Shown: positions 28,138 through 38,014, numbered from the stretch's first letter. The stretch: DNA of 64,000 nt from an uncultured Gammaproteobacteria bacterium (GCA_964409875.1 CAYPEN010000001.1:134637-198636), one strand, 5' to 3'. The notes: a model not told the origin generated them from the sequence alone. Numbers and translations: made by a program.

Positions 28138-29064
28138 ATGGAAGTGAGGGAAAAGAAAATAAGTGCAAGAACCGTTATCGTTGCATCATTTCTCGTCGAT
28201 GTCCTAGATATTGTTCTTTCAGTTACAGTTGCTGTTATAACCGGAAGTATCATTATGCTTACCGAGGCATTGGAAGGGGTTTCTGACCTTACATCTTCAG
28301 GATTGCTTCTTATTGGGCTCAAACGGTCGACGCAAAAAGCCGACAAAACACACCCTTTTGGGTATGGCAGGGAGATATATTTCTGGACGCTTCTGGCCGC
28401 GCTTATCATGTTCGGTGTCACCTCAACAGTTTCTATATATTTTGGATGGCAGCGCATCATCCATCCTCACCCGGTAGATAACCTGATAATTGCACAAGTT
28501 GTGCTGCTTATTGCCTTTTTCTCTAATGGATATGCTTTTTTCTTAAGTTACAAAAGGCTTTTAAGAAAAAGGGGTGTCAGGCAAATTGTCAAGATTTTTT
28601 ATAAGTCATCCCTGGTCGAAACAAAAACGACCTTTATTCTCGACCTCATGGGGACAATAGCGGCATTTCTGGGAATGGTTGCACTTCTTATTTATAGGAT
28701 TACCGGGGACGTCCGGTTTGATGGAATAGGTGCGGTAGTTATCGGGATTTCACTGGCATTTTTAGCGCTCTTTCTGGTTATGGGGATACGGGACCTTCTA
28801 GTAGGGCGTAGTGCATCACCGGAAACCGAGACAAAGATAAAAAAGGCGGCTCTATTGGTTGAAGAGGTTAATGATGTACTTGATCTAAAGACGTTGCATG
28901 TGGGGTCCGAAAAATTACTGGTCAATTTGGAAGTGCATATGAAAAACAATTTGGACACTGACGAAATAGAAAAATTGATGGATGAGATAAAGGAGAATAT
29001 CCAACAAGAAGTTCCTTCTGTAAAATACATACAAGTAGAGCTCGAAACCCCCGATAAGAAGTAG
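28138..29064 (+). CDS. Cation diffusion facilitator family transporter
   Basis: ADKTHPFGYGREIYFW, about 6 TM segments and a C-terminal dimerisation domain. Confidence 0.92.
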   Translation: MEVREKKISARTVIVASFLVDVLDIVLSVTVAVITGSIIMLTEALEGVSDLTSSGLLLIGLKRSTQKADKTHPFGYGREIYFWTLLAALIMFGVTSTVSIYFGWQRIIHPHPVDNLIIAQVVLLIAFFSNGYAFFLSYKRLLRKRGVRQIVKIFYKSSLVETKTTFILDLMGTIAAFLGMVALLIYRITGDVRFDGIGAVVIGISLAFLALFLVMGIRDLLVGRSASPETETKIKKAALLVEEVNDVLDLKTLHVGSEKLLVNLEVHMKNNLDTDEIEKLMDEIKENIQQEVPSVKYIQVELETPDKK

Positions 29065-29132
29065 TTCTTTTGAGGCTAAATCATTATTTTTGTCAACACT
29101 TGATACCCTTTTAAAAGTTGTCAAAGTATGCT

Positions 29133-29450
29133 ATACTACGAAGTTGTTTTTAAGCCCATAGTCTAAGCTTTTGGCTCAGACTAACAATGTTTTGCACGGC
29201 TTTGTCCGTTCGTAAGTGTTCGTTATGCATGAGCACTTTTTTTGCGGCCAAAAAACAATTTTTGTGCTTTTTAAGCTTTGGAGATTTGCTTTTCAAATGA
29301 CTTGGAAAGCCAGCACTTTGAAAATTGGTTTTCGTATATTAGTTAGTTTTTTTACACACAATTGATTGTGGGATAACGAGTTTAATTTTAAATTTAAATT
29401 GAAAGCGGTGTCCCACAATCAAGAGTCACGATACTTTAGTCTTGTGTGGG
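29133..29450 (+). promoter_or_regulatory. Promoter plus a long hairpin-rich leader or ncRNA candidate
   Basis: TATACT near 29133. Hairpins include agtctaagc..gctcagact, aagtgttc..gagcactt followed by a T-run, tttcaaa..tttgaaa and ttgtggga..tcccacaa. Confidence 0.4.
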
Positions 29451-29466
29451 AGAAAGGAGTCCGTCT

Positions 29467-29610
29467 ATGACGGATAAAGACGAAGGGCCTATCAGGCCCG
29501 TCAAGCGAGGATATCACAAGGAGGTAACCGTTGCGGATGTCGAGAAAGCGAAAGCTGATCGCATGAAAGCGGCAATCGCCAAGGTCCAACCGACCGTCAA
29601 GCCGGCGTAA
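29467..29610 (+). CDS. Small 47-aa protein upstream of ppsA
   Basis: SD gaaaggag, then MTDKDEGPIRPVKRGYHKEVTVADVEKAKADRMKAAIAKVQPTVKPA*. It has the same high-GC style as ppsA. Confidence 0.6.
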   Translation: MTDKDEGPIRPVKRGYHKEVTVADVEKAKADRMKAAIAKVQPTVKPA

Positions 29611-29654
29611 GCCGGCACCAACCCAACCCCGCACAACAAGACACGAGGTAGAAC

Positions 29655-32150
29655 ATGACGCAGTCGCCTATATCCACGGTTCCCAGCATGGGATTCGTGG
29701 GTAACTTCACGGAATTCCGGAAGCACGACATCAGCATCGTCGGTGGTAAGATCGCCAATCTTGGTGAGCTCGCCGCAGCCGGTGCTCCTGGCTCACCCGG
29801 GTTCGCCGTGAAGGTGAACGCCTGGAAGCGCTTCATCGAACTCCATCCCGAAATCGCCTCACTGGTCCGCCAGGAGCTTGATGGGATGGACGTCAACAAC
29901 GATGCAGATGTGGATCTCCGCGCAGAGCGGATCCGCACTGCCATCAAGTCGGCTCCGATGCCGGATGAGATCGCCCGCGAGATTGCTGAGGCATACTCGC
30001 AGACTTTCCCCGCCGGCACGATATGCGCGGTACGATCTTCGGCCACTGCCGAGGACCTTCCCGACGCTGCATTCGCCGGCCAGCAGGACACCCTCTTGGG
30101 AGTCCATGGCGCTTCCGACATCATCGCTGCGGTCCTGGCCTGTTGGTCTTCGATCTTCACGGCGAGGGCCATCATCTATCGCGAAGAACACGACATCTCC
30201 CACTTTGAAGTGGGGATCGCCGTAGCCGTTCAGAAGATGGTGAGGTCGACACGCTCCGGCGTGATCTTCACCCTCAACCCGATGAACAATGACCGCAAGG
30301 TCATCGTCATCGAGACGATCTACGGGCTCGGCGAGAAGTTCGTGTCCGGCAGTTCCAACGCCGACCTCTACGTTGTCGCAAAGGAAAGCCTGGAGATCGT
30401 CTCCCGGCGCCATTCCGAGCAACGCACCATGACGATCCTTGCCGAGTCAGGCATGGGGACCGTCGATGCCGAGGTCGAGGAGTACAAGCAGCAAGCCCAG
30501 AAGCTTACGGACGACCAGGTCCGGGAAGCTGCGAGCCGCGCTCTTGCCATCGAAGCCCACTACGGAGTCCCTCAAGACATCGAGTACGGCATCGATGAGG
30601 AAGGGAACTTCGTAACGCTGCAGGCGCGGCCTGTAACGACCAACAAGATCCAGATCGAGGAGGAAGCGCCACCGACTGAAACGGCGGTCATCCTCTCCGA
30701 TGGTGCGAATGACGATGGTCTCGGTGCTAGTCCTGGCGTTGCCATGGGCCCAGTACGGATCATCAACAGCCACAGCGAATGCGACCAGGTGCGTGAGGGC
30801 GACATTCTCGTCACAGAGATGACGACCCCCGACTACCTGCCCGCAATGCGCAGGGCTGCAGCCATCATCACCGAGATCGGTGGCATGAACTGCCACTCGG
30901 CCATCGTCGGCCGCGAACTCGGTATTCCGGTTATCGTTGCCGTCAAGGACGCGACGACCGGGCGTTTTACCAACGACCAACTCGTTACCGTAGACGGCTC
31001 GCACGAGCGCATCTACGAGGGCGAAGCCAAGCAGGCCTTGGCATGGGGGGCACGCCGCAAGGACCGGCTCACCAAGCTCAAGGCACAGACCGCCAACGTC
31101 CGAACCCGGACGAAAATCGGCATCATCGCCGGAGACGCCAACGGTGGCCCTGAAAAGGTAGCCGAAAGCAACGCCGACATCCTTAGCCTGGTTAGGGCTG
31201 AGCTCGGCCTGGCAAACATCGGTGTGCATCCGATGCTCTCCATTCGTGAGGGTAATTCGGAGTGGCACATCCAGCAGATGGTCGACAACATCATTCCGTT
31301 TGCTCGGGCTATGAAGCCTAAGTTCGACGCAGACCCGGAGACGGTGCTTGCGAAGAAGAAGGGTCTCACGACCTACCGGCTGACGGACTTTAAGACCAAT
31401 GAGTACGCCAACATCAACGGCTCTTCCGAATTCGAACCCACGGAAGAGAATCCCATGATGGGAGAGCGGGGCGCCCTCAAGTTCCTGCTTCAGGAACCTG
31501 CATTCAGGCTCGAATGTGAAGCGGTCCGCCGCGTCATCTTCGACCTCGGGTTCGACAACGTCATTCCGATGCTTCCGGTGGTCCGGACACCCGAGGAGCT
31601 CGAAGCGGTGCTAGTCATCGCGGAAAAGTGCGGGCTCCCGAGGGAGCGGTTCTTGATGATGTGCGAGGTTCCCTCAAACGTCATCGAGCTGCACCGGTTC
31701 CTTGCGTGCGGCATCATGGGCATCTCGGATGGCACCAACGACATGACCCAGTTCGCCTACGCTGCTGACCGTGACGGTGGCCAAAACACCAGCCGGTACG
31801 TGGCAAAGGGCAAGACTGTCCAGATCCTGTTTTCGGTGGCCCTCGTGATCACCCGGGAGCTGGGCAAGTACCATGGCCTGTGCGGCCAGATGGTTTCGGA
31901 CTTCCCGGAGACGATCCCTACGCTCGTTGCGCTGGGTATCGATTCCTTCGGCGTCGACATTGACAAGGTTGATGTGACCCGCAACCTCACCGCCCAGGCA
32001 GAAGCGGCCTTCGTTGGCCTCACCCTCGAAGAGTACCAGGAGCGTTTCGACGATCTGAATGAAATCTTCGAAGAGAAGAGGCGGCAGGTTCTGGTCGAAT
32101 CGCCTGCCTACTTGATTGCGTCCGGTCTTCGGGCGTACGCTACCGCTTAG
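29655..32150 (+). CDS. ppsA: Phosphoenolpyruvate synthase (pyruvate, water dikinase)
   Basis: VGGKIANLGEL, AVRSSATAEDLPDAAFAGQQDT, phospho-His motif GGMNCHSAIVGRELG, EENPMMG, CEVPSN, GTNDMTQ and GLCGQ. Confidence 0.93.
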   Translation: MTQSPISTVPSMGFVGNFTEFRKHDISIVGGKIANLGELAAAGAPGSPGFAVKVNAWKRFIELHPEIASLVRQELDGMDVNNDADVDLRAERIRTAIKSAPMPDEIAREIAEAYSQTFPAGTICAVRSSATAEDLPDAAFAGQQDTLLGVHGASDIIAAVLACWSSIFTARAIIYREEHDISHFEVGIAVAVQKMVRSTRSGVIFTLNPMNNDRKVIVIETIYGLGEKFVSGSSNADLYVVAKESLEIVSRRHSEQRTMTILAESGMGTVDAEVEEYKQQAQKLTDDQVREAASRALAIEAHYGVPQDIEYGIDEEGNFVTLQARPVTTNKIQIEEEAPPTETAVILSDGANDDGLGASPGVAMGPVRIINSHSECDQVREGDILVTEMTTPDYLPAMRRAAAIITEIGGMNCHSAIVGRELGIPVIVAVKDATTGRFTNDQLVTVDGSHERIYEGEAKQALAWGARRKDRLTKLKAQTANVRTRTKIGIIAGDANGGPEKVAESNADILSLVRAELGLANIGVHPMLSIREGNSEWHIQQMVDNIIPFARAMKPKFDADPETVLAKKKGLTTYRLTDFKTNEYANINGSSEFEPTEENPMMGERGALKFLLQEPAFRLECEAVRRVIFDLGFDNVIPMLPVVRTPEELEAVLVIAEKCGLPRERFLMMCEVPSNVIELHRFLACGIMGISDGTNDMTQFAYAADRDGGQNTSRYVAKGKTVQILFSVALVITRELGKYHGLCGQMVSDFPETIPTLVALGIDSFGVDIDKVDVTRNLTAQAEAAFVGLTLEEYQERFDDLNEIFEEKRRQVLVESPAYLIASGLRAYATA

Positions 32151-32284
32151 TCCGGAGCTTCATCCGTGAAGATCCGGCTCATCGTTACGAAAACCAATAG
32201 CCGTCCGACCGCGAGGTCGGACACCGGGGACGGGCCGTACGGTCCATCCCCACCCCTCCGCCGTTTTGGCGGGAATCCCAATTG

Positions 32285-32313
32285 GGTTCCCCCGCCTTCA
32301 CGGCGGGGGGACC
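32285..32313 (+). terminator. Strong GC-rich hairpin closing the ppsA segment
   Basis: ggttcccccgcc-ttcac-ggcggggggacc. Confidence 0.6.
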
Positions 32314-32404
32314 TACAATAAATTTCCTCAAATTACTCTTACTCTGTTTTGTGCTGTCTCCCAGATACAAGAACTATCATAAATTTCCTAAGGAGGTGAA
32401 ATAA

Positions 32405-32593
32405 ATGGCAAAATACGGAAAAAAAGCACAGGAAAAAATATCCGATGTCATGCATGAATATGGGAAAGGAAAGCTTAAAATGGGAAGAAGCGGAAAAAAG
32501 GTAACCAATAGAAGACAAGCGGTAGCAATAGGCATATCCGAAGCTAGAAAAGAAGGGGACAAGGTTCCAACCCCGAAGAGACATTACGCTTGA
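32405..32593 (+). CDS. Small basic protein (DUF6496-like)
   Basis: SD aaggaggtga. The sequence VMHEYGKGKLKMGRSGKKVTNRRQAVAIGISEARKEG fits this family. Confidence 0.82.
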   Translation: MAKYGKKAQEKISDVMHEYGKGKLKMGRSGKKVTNRRQAVAIGISEARKEGDKVPTPKRHYA

Positions 32594-32616
32594 TTAGAAA
32601 TTAGAAGAAAGGAGTA

Positions 32617-32901
32617 ATGGGAATGAAAAAGGTTAATGCAGAGAAAATTGAACCAAATGTTGCGCTTTGGGAACTTGAGATAGAGCAAGTTGAGGGAAGG
32701 TCACTAGAGAGAAAAGGAAGGGATGAGATAAACGAGATGTTGTCTGAAGGATGGATACTGCTCTCGATTTATACGCTAAGGTATAAGGACGCAGAGGACA
32801 CGTGGTTTGAGCGCCCAATGGCTATTTTGGGGTTACCCAAAAACCCGGTTAAAAGCAAAAAGGAAAAAAAGAAAAATTATCCGGAGTCTGTTATTTTGTG
32901 A
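32617..32901 (+). CDS. Hypothetical protein
   Basis: 94-aa ORF with SD aaggag. Confidence 0.65.
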   Translation: MGMKKVNAEKIEPNVALWELEIEQVEGRSLERKGRDEINEMLSEGWILLSIYTLRYKDAEDTWFERPMAILGLPKNPVKSKKEKKKNYPESVIL

Positions 32902-32906
32902 GGACT

Positions 32907-33682
32907 TTATAAGTTGGGTAATTTATTTTTATCAAACTCAAAGGTCTCATAAATACGTGATTCTATAAGTATCTGGCTATAATCGGGAATTGGTGAAGAA
33001 GTAGAACTGTTTCCAACTTCCCATTTTTTGAGATTAACAACTCTATTTCCGAACAAGTAATAGTAGTCTACTAATGTATCGTCCCGATTGTTTATCTTCA
33101 GTGCCTCATCGGCGTCATACCGTATGGGTAAGTCTTCAATCAAAACAGTATCTTTATTTTCTGAACGAAGATAATCTATTAAGTTTGCATTATCGGTTTT
33201 TGTAACCACAATATTAAATTGCGTTGTGTAGATGTGAGGAACAGAATTTTTCTCAGGTTTTTTTCTAGAGCATTTTTAAAAGAGATAGTGTAGTTTAGGT
33301 ATTTTTTATCATTCAAAGAAAGTTGGTTGTCATCTTCCTGCACGATAAATAATGAAGGGTACCTGAAGCTAAAAAAACCACTTTTACTTTTGTATATTTT
33401 CCAATTTGTCCTATCTATTGTAGGAGTAGCTGTTACAGCCCGTGTTGCTTTTGTAGTCGGTTTGCCAGAGATAAGTACCATTTTTTCAGCGTATTTGTTT
33501 TGGAAACTCCTTGCAAGTGGCACCTCTTGGAATGTATCAAAAGTTATTGCAGTAAGAAGGATAATAATGATAAAAAAAATTAGACAAATCAATATTTTAA
33601 ACTTTACATTGAAATTATTGATGCCATTAAATTTAATTCCTGAGGTTTCTGGCCCTGCTAAACTATTCTTTTTTTTCTCCAT
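32907..33682 (-). pseudogene. Frameshifted membrane-anchored surface protein (two overlapping ORFs)
   Basis: ORF 33179..33682 has a TM helix and WKIYKSKSGFFSFRYP. It can continue in the -1 frame into 32907..33209, and an A7 run lies at 33258-33264. Confidence 0.55.
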
Positions 33683-33722
33683 AACATAAGCTTACAGAGC
33701 AGTAATGATAGAAAACAAGTGG

Positions 33723-34349
33723 TTATTTACCGAGGATTGGTGCGGATATTGAAGTTGCGTGGGTATATGCGTCATGCATTGAAGTATACATTTTGGGATA
33801 GTCTTTATTTATATAAGCATCCAGTATTGCCTTCTCATTCAATACGTGCCGTGCAAAATAATTCTGGGCATTCATATACGTATCCGCATTTTTACCTTGG
33901 GAGAGAAGGGAAGAGAAATCATCGGTAAATCTTTGGAGGCTCTGTAATGAAAGCGTTATTTTTGCATTATCATTTGCCCTTCTTGCATCGGCATAATCAA
34001 GGAATGCATTGATGTGGTTGGTCCAAATGGTGAGGAATTTGTCTTTTGTGTCAACGCCGTATAGATTTTCCATTTGTGCTGCCAAAAGCTTAGTGTTGTT
34101 GTCTACAGCTTGTTTTGCAGCAAGAAAATCAGCACGTTTTTCATAGCGTGCAATCATCATTTCTCCTCCGACGAGCGCATGTTCACCCATGAGCGTGTCA
34201 AGTGCTTCTTGTTGTTGCTGTGCAGTGGGGGTGGGGGTTGGAGATTGTTGCTGTGCAAAGACATGCTCAAAAGCCGGAGCGCGAACTATGACAGGAGCCG
34301 TCATCATAACAAAAATGAGCGCTAGGAGAAAAAATTGATTTTTTAACAT
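33723..34349 (-). CDS. Secreted helical protein with conserved-looking His residues (possible metal binding)
   Basis: Signal peptide, then LMGEH, IWTNHINAFLDY and ARHV. Confidence 0.75.
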   Translation of the reverse strand: MLKNQFFLLALIFVMMTAPVIVRAPAFEHVFAQQQSPTPTPTAQQQQEALDTLMGEHALVGGEMMIARYEKRADFLAAKQAVDNNTKLLAAQMENLYGVDTKDKFLTIWTNHINAFLDYADARRANDNAKITLSLQSLQRFTDDFSSLLSQGKNADTYMNAQNYFARHVLNEKAILDAYINKDYPKMYTSMHDAYTHATSISAPILGK

Positions 34350-34522
34350 GAGGACAGTTTAGTATTTCGGGACGAAGAGTATGTGAATACTCCGTTAGAG
34401 TTTTACAAGAGCTTACTACTCGAATTTGAAGAGGAAGAACTCATCATAGAGCTAATATTCTCGGCGTTCAAGAGAAAAATGCCACTTTTCAAAATGACTT
34501 TCTCCATTTAATATATTTCAAA

Positions 34523-34945
34523 ATGCCAAGAAGAGAATACGGTGGAACCCAGATAAGAGGGCCGGAAGATTTAATATATATAAAAAGTAGTGACGATGGA
34601 GCAAAAGTAGATAATCCTGCGGAGCGGGAGTTCGCCCGGCTGCTTCTTGATAAGACTTCTCTTGAAATTACACACGAGCCAACGTTTTTTTATTATCATG
34701 ACGACGAAGGGATACTGAGAGGCACGCTTCCTGATTTTCGTGTGGTTAATCCCGATACTGGGGTCCAGACTTATATCGAAATAACGACCTCGAGTAATGG
34801 GAAAGGGAGACAGCAGTCAATTATGCAACGCTTAGCACCCGATGTGCACTACGTGGTTTTCAGAAGAGAAAAATTGGAAGCAATACAGCAAAAATTTCCC
34901 GAATATCATTTTTTCAATGGAAACGGAAACGGGGGCTCGAAATAA
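34523..34945 (+). CDS. Small putative PD-(D/E)xK-fold nuclease-like protein
   Basis: Pattern AEREFARLL...HEP...LPDFRV...YIEITT. Confidence 0.55.
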   Translation: MPRREYGGTQIRGPEDLIYIKSSDDGAKVDNPAEREFARLLLDKTSLEITHEPTFFYYHDDEGILRGTLPDFRVVNPDTGVQTYIEITTSSNGKGRQQSIMQRLAPDVHYVVFRREKLEAIQQKFPEYHFFNGNGNGGSK

Positions 34946-34997
34946 TATTGCATTTTGCCTCTTGTTTGTTAACATGTAGTATTCTTGCCCCAACCAA

Positions 34998-35720
34998 ATG
35001 GCTGAACGCTTAATCTCTCTTATATCAGGCGGTGGAACCACCATGGAGCAAATTGGCATGGCGATACGCGACGGTGGAATTCTGGGACTTGAGTTTGCGG
35101 GGGTTATCGCAAGTGAGCCTGGCTTGAGGGGAATATCCCGTGCGCGTGAGCTCAAAATGGGCGTTCCGGTGGCAGTAATAAATCCCCTGGATTTTACCGG
35201 CGATGACGGACTACCCGATGGGTATGGGTTCGGTAAAGCAATTCTTAAATTTGCAAAGCAGCAAGGAGCAACCGTTCTGACACAGAATGGATGGCTTCCC
35301 TGGACACCACATAATGTAATTGAGGCATATAAAGATGCGATATTTAACCAACATCCGGGTCCGCTTCCAGAAACTCGAAACCTCCATGGGATGCAGCCCC
35401 ATGCAGCAATGCATAGATTTGCCCGGCTTACGCACCGTTATGAAGGGACAGAGGTCGTGACGCATAGGGTTGTAGCTGGCATGGATGAAGGAGTTTTGGT
35501 GGGAATGCGAAAAGTTCCTCAGTATTTTCATGACTGGCCGAAAAAAATACAGCAGCGTGCATTGCCAGTAGAACACCAACTGCAAATTGATATACTCAAT
35601 CAATTTGTAAAAGGTGAGATACAAGAAACCCCACAAGAGCCGCATTTTATGAGGCCGGGTGAGGAAAAAATACTGAGGGAAGCAAGAAAATATGCCCGTA
35701 AAATGTATCCAAACGGTTAA
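34998..35720 (+). CDS. purN: Phosphoribosylglycinamide formyltransferase (divergent)
   Basis: LISGGGTTM, FNQHPGPLP, HRVVAGMDEG and LPVEH motifs. It is adjacent to purD. Confidence 0.85.
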   Translation: MAERLISLISGGGTTMEQIGMAIRDGGILGLEFAGVIASEPGLRGISRARELKMGVPVAVINPLDFTGDDGLPDGYGFGKAILKFAKQQGATVLTQNGWLPWTPHNVIEAYKDAIFNQHPGPLPETRNLHGMQPHAAMHRFARLTHRYEGTEVVTHRVVAGMDEGVLVGMRKVPQYFHDWPKKIQQRALPVEHQLQIDILNQFVKGEIQETPQEPHFMRPGEEKILREARKYARKMYPNG

Positions 35721-35723
35721 TAT

Positions 35724-37064
35724 ATGCCTGTAATTGCGGAAGGAAATATAGTCGGAATTGTTGACGGTGGAGGCCGGGGGGCCGCTCTGGCACGCGCGTA
35801 TGAAAGAAGTCCTCATGTTAACAGAATAGTTGTCATCCCGGGTAACGATCTTACCGCTGAGATGGCAACGAAGCCTACTTTTGTTTTTCCGAACATCAAA
35901 AATATAAGTGCGGATGCTATTGCCGATAAATTTGAAGAGCTAGGTGTAACTCTTGCCGATGTTGCCCAGGATAACGCCATTGAGGCAGGGGTAACAGACA
36001 CTTTAAGAAACAGGGGAATTGCGACCATCGGACCATCGAAAGATGCAGGGCAAATTGAGTGGAGCAAGGCGTACGCGCGGGGGCTTGGGAAAAAAGCAGG
36101 CTTGCAACAACCCCGTTTTGAAACATTTACCAGAGTTGAGCCTGCAGATTGGTACATAGACCATAGCGGAGAGGAAAACTTTGTTGTAAAAGCCAACGGG
36201 CTTGCCGAAGGGAAAGGTGTAAAGCTTGCGCACAGCTCGGAGGAGGCAAAAAGAATGGTTCGACAGCTTCGTGAGCAGCATGAAAGGGCTTCGGAAATTT
36301 TTCTCATTGAGGAAATGGTTGCGGGTGAAGAATTCTCGACTTTTTTTGCCTCAGACGGGGAGCATATAAAACTACTCGGGCACGCCCAGGACCACAAAAG
36401 AGAGGGAAATTACGACACCGGGGAAAATACGGGAGGAATGGGAGCAAGTACACCCCCAAGACTGATGACACGCACTGTCGAGATGGTAGTTGAGCAAGAA
36501 ATTAAGAAAATGATGGGGGCACTTTCAGAGGAAGGTAGGCCATATGAGGGAGTTGGATATTATGGGGGGATGCTTAATGAGGTTTTGAAACGGGTAAACA
36601 ACATTGAGTGGAATGCAAGGTGGGGGGATCCTGAGGTCGAGATAGTTGCTCCCGGAATAACGTCTGATATGTTCGAGCTTGCGGTTGCAATTGTTGAAAA
36701 AAGTTTGGATAAGTACAATTTGACAACAGACAGCCTTACGCGGGTGGTTGTTGCAGGGGCATCGAGGGGTTATCCAAGAGACTATAGCGCAGTAAAAGGT
36801 AAAGAAATATTTGGACTTGATTATGTCATGCATATGGACGGCGTGGAATTGTATGGCGCAGGGGTAAAAGTAGATGAAGAAAGAAAGCATTGGGCAAAGG
36901 GAGGAAGACTTTTTTATATAGTAGGACAAGGGGAAAACGTGGTAGAGGCGCGGGAGAAAGCATATGGAGCAATGGCTAGAGTGCATGTTGACGGGAATAA
37001 TTTGATGTACAGGACAGATATCGGATGGAAAGACGTTCAGAGACTGAGGGATGAGGGCTATTAA
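35724..37064 (+). CDS. purD: Phosphoribosylamine--glycine ligase
   Basis: VVKANGLAEGKGV, QDHKR...GENTGGMGA, EWNARWGDPE and GGRL motifs. Confidence 0.93.
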   Translation: MPVIAEGNIVGIVDGGGRGAALARAYERSPHVNRIVVIPGNDLTAEMATKPTFVFPNIKNISADAIADKFEELGVTLADVAQDNAIEAGVTDTLRNRGIATIGPSKDAGQIEWSKAYARGLGKKAGLQQPRFETFTRVEPADWYIDHSGEENFVVKANGLAEGKGVKLAHSSEEAKRMVRQLREQHERASEIFLIEEMVAGEEFSTFFASDGEHIKLLGHAQDHKREGNYDTGENTGGMGASTPPRLMTRTVEMVVEQEIKKMMGALSEEGRPYEGVGYYGGMLNEVLKRVNNIEWNARWGDPEVEIVAPGITSDMFELAVAIVEKSLDKYNLTTDSLTRVVVAGASRGYPRDYSAVKGKEIFGLDYVMHMDGVELYGAGVKVDEERKHWAKGGRLFYIVGQGENVVEAREKAYGAMARVHVDGNNLMYRTDIGWKDVQRLRDEGY

Positions 37065-37717
37065 ATTACTTCTTTTGTAAAAAGACTTGAGAGAATTTCA
37101 AATGCACGGTTGACATTTTTATCCTCAAAAAAAAGGGTGAATTCACTTTTAGTAGGTGAGGCGCCTATTATATTAATTCCTTCCCAAGCAAGCGATTTTA
37201 AGAAAAAATAATAAACACCGGGAGTTTTAATTGCTTCCTCAGGAACAAAGACCGTTATTTGGGAAACACTCTCCATATTTAAAATAACCGAGTCGGGAGA
37301 GATTTTTTTCAAAAGTTTTTCTCTCAACGCAAAAGTACCTGCAATTTGAATTTCCGTTGCACCGATTGTAATTGATGAAAATGTCCCTTTCACTCTGTTC
37401 AAAAACAAATTCCCCACAATCCCCTCGGTTTCATTCGTTCTGGCAAGAGTGACAAAGAAAAGTCCTGAACGGACCGTCATCTCCGGAGGGTGTTTGAAAA
37501 TTTCTTCACTTTTATACTGAGATTTTGTTGTTTTTTGCAATCTTTTAAGTGCCATTATGATGGAGCCTGAGCTTATGTCTTTGATGAGCATTTGCTCAAG
37601 TTCGGGCTTTATGTAGCGCGCGAGAGAGGAAAGGTTGATGATGTCTTTTGCCAAAGCCTCCGAAAGATATCGCGAGCGCTCGACTATCTTTTTTGTTGCT
37701 TCGGGAACAGTAATCAT
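37061..37717 (-). CDS. HTH plus ACT-domain protein (aspartate-kinase regulatory-like)
   Basis: IINLSSLARYIKP, GSIIMALKR and PGVYYFFLKSLAWEGINI. Confidence 0.75.
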   Translation of the reverse strand: MITVPEATKKIVERSRYLSEALAKDIINLSSLARYIKPELEQMLIKDISSGSIIMALKRLQKTTKSQYKSEEIFKHPPEMTVRSGLFFVTLARTNETEGIVGNLFLNRVKGTFSSITIGATEIQIAGTFALREKLLKKISPDSVILNMESVSQITVFVPEEAIKTPGVYYFFLKSLAWEGINIIGASPTKSEFTLFFEDKNVNRAFEILSSLFTKEVI

Positions 37718-37831
37718 GAAGATGTTAATATTTTAACAAAATATATGGTTTTGTAAATTTTATTTCAAAAATTGACCTCAAACGAGTTTTCCTCTACGCT
37801 TTTTATGGCAGAAAGAAAGGAGGTGATAAAA

Positions 37832-38014
37832 ATGGAAAGAATACACACAAAACCTACAGGAACCGATTATAGAGTAGCAATCAATCAGCCTCAACGTGAC
37901 GAAATGGCGGAGCTTGCAAGACAACTTTCGGTTGCGGATAATGATGGGATGTATGACAGACGGGAAAATGCCCCTGTTGAAATGAAAGCAGGAGTTGTGG
38001 GTACAGTTTCGTAG
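37832..38014 (+). CDS. Small hypothetical protein
   Basis: SD aaggaggtga precedes the ATG at 37832. The product is 60 aa. Confidence 0.6.
   Translation: MERIHTKPTGTDYRVAINQPQRDEMAELARQLSVADNDGMYDRRENAPVEMKAGVVGTVS

Noticed and set aside
29419-32370. Multiple minus-strand ORFs (for example 30447..31268 and 29597..30175)
   Set aside because: These are shadow frames of the high-GC ppsA gene with no recognisable motifs.
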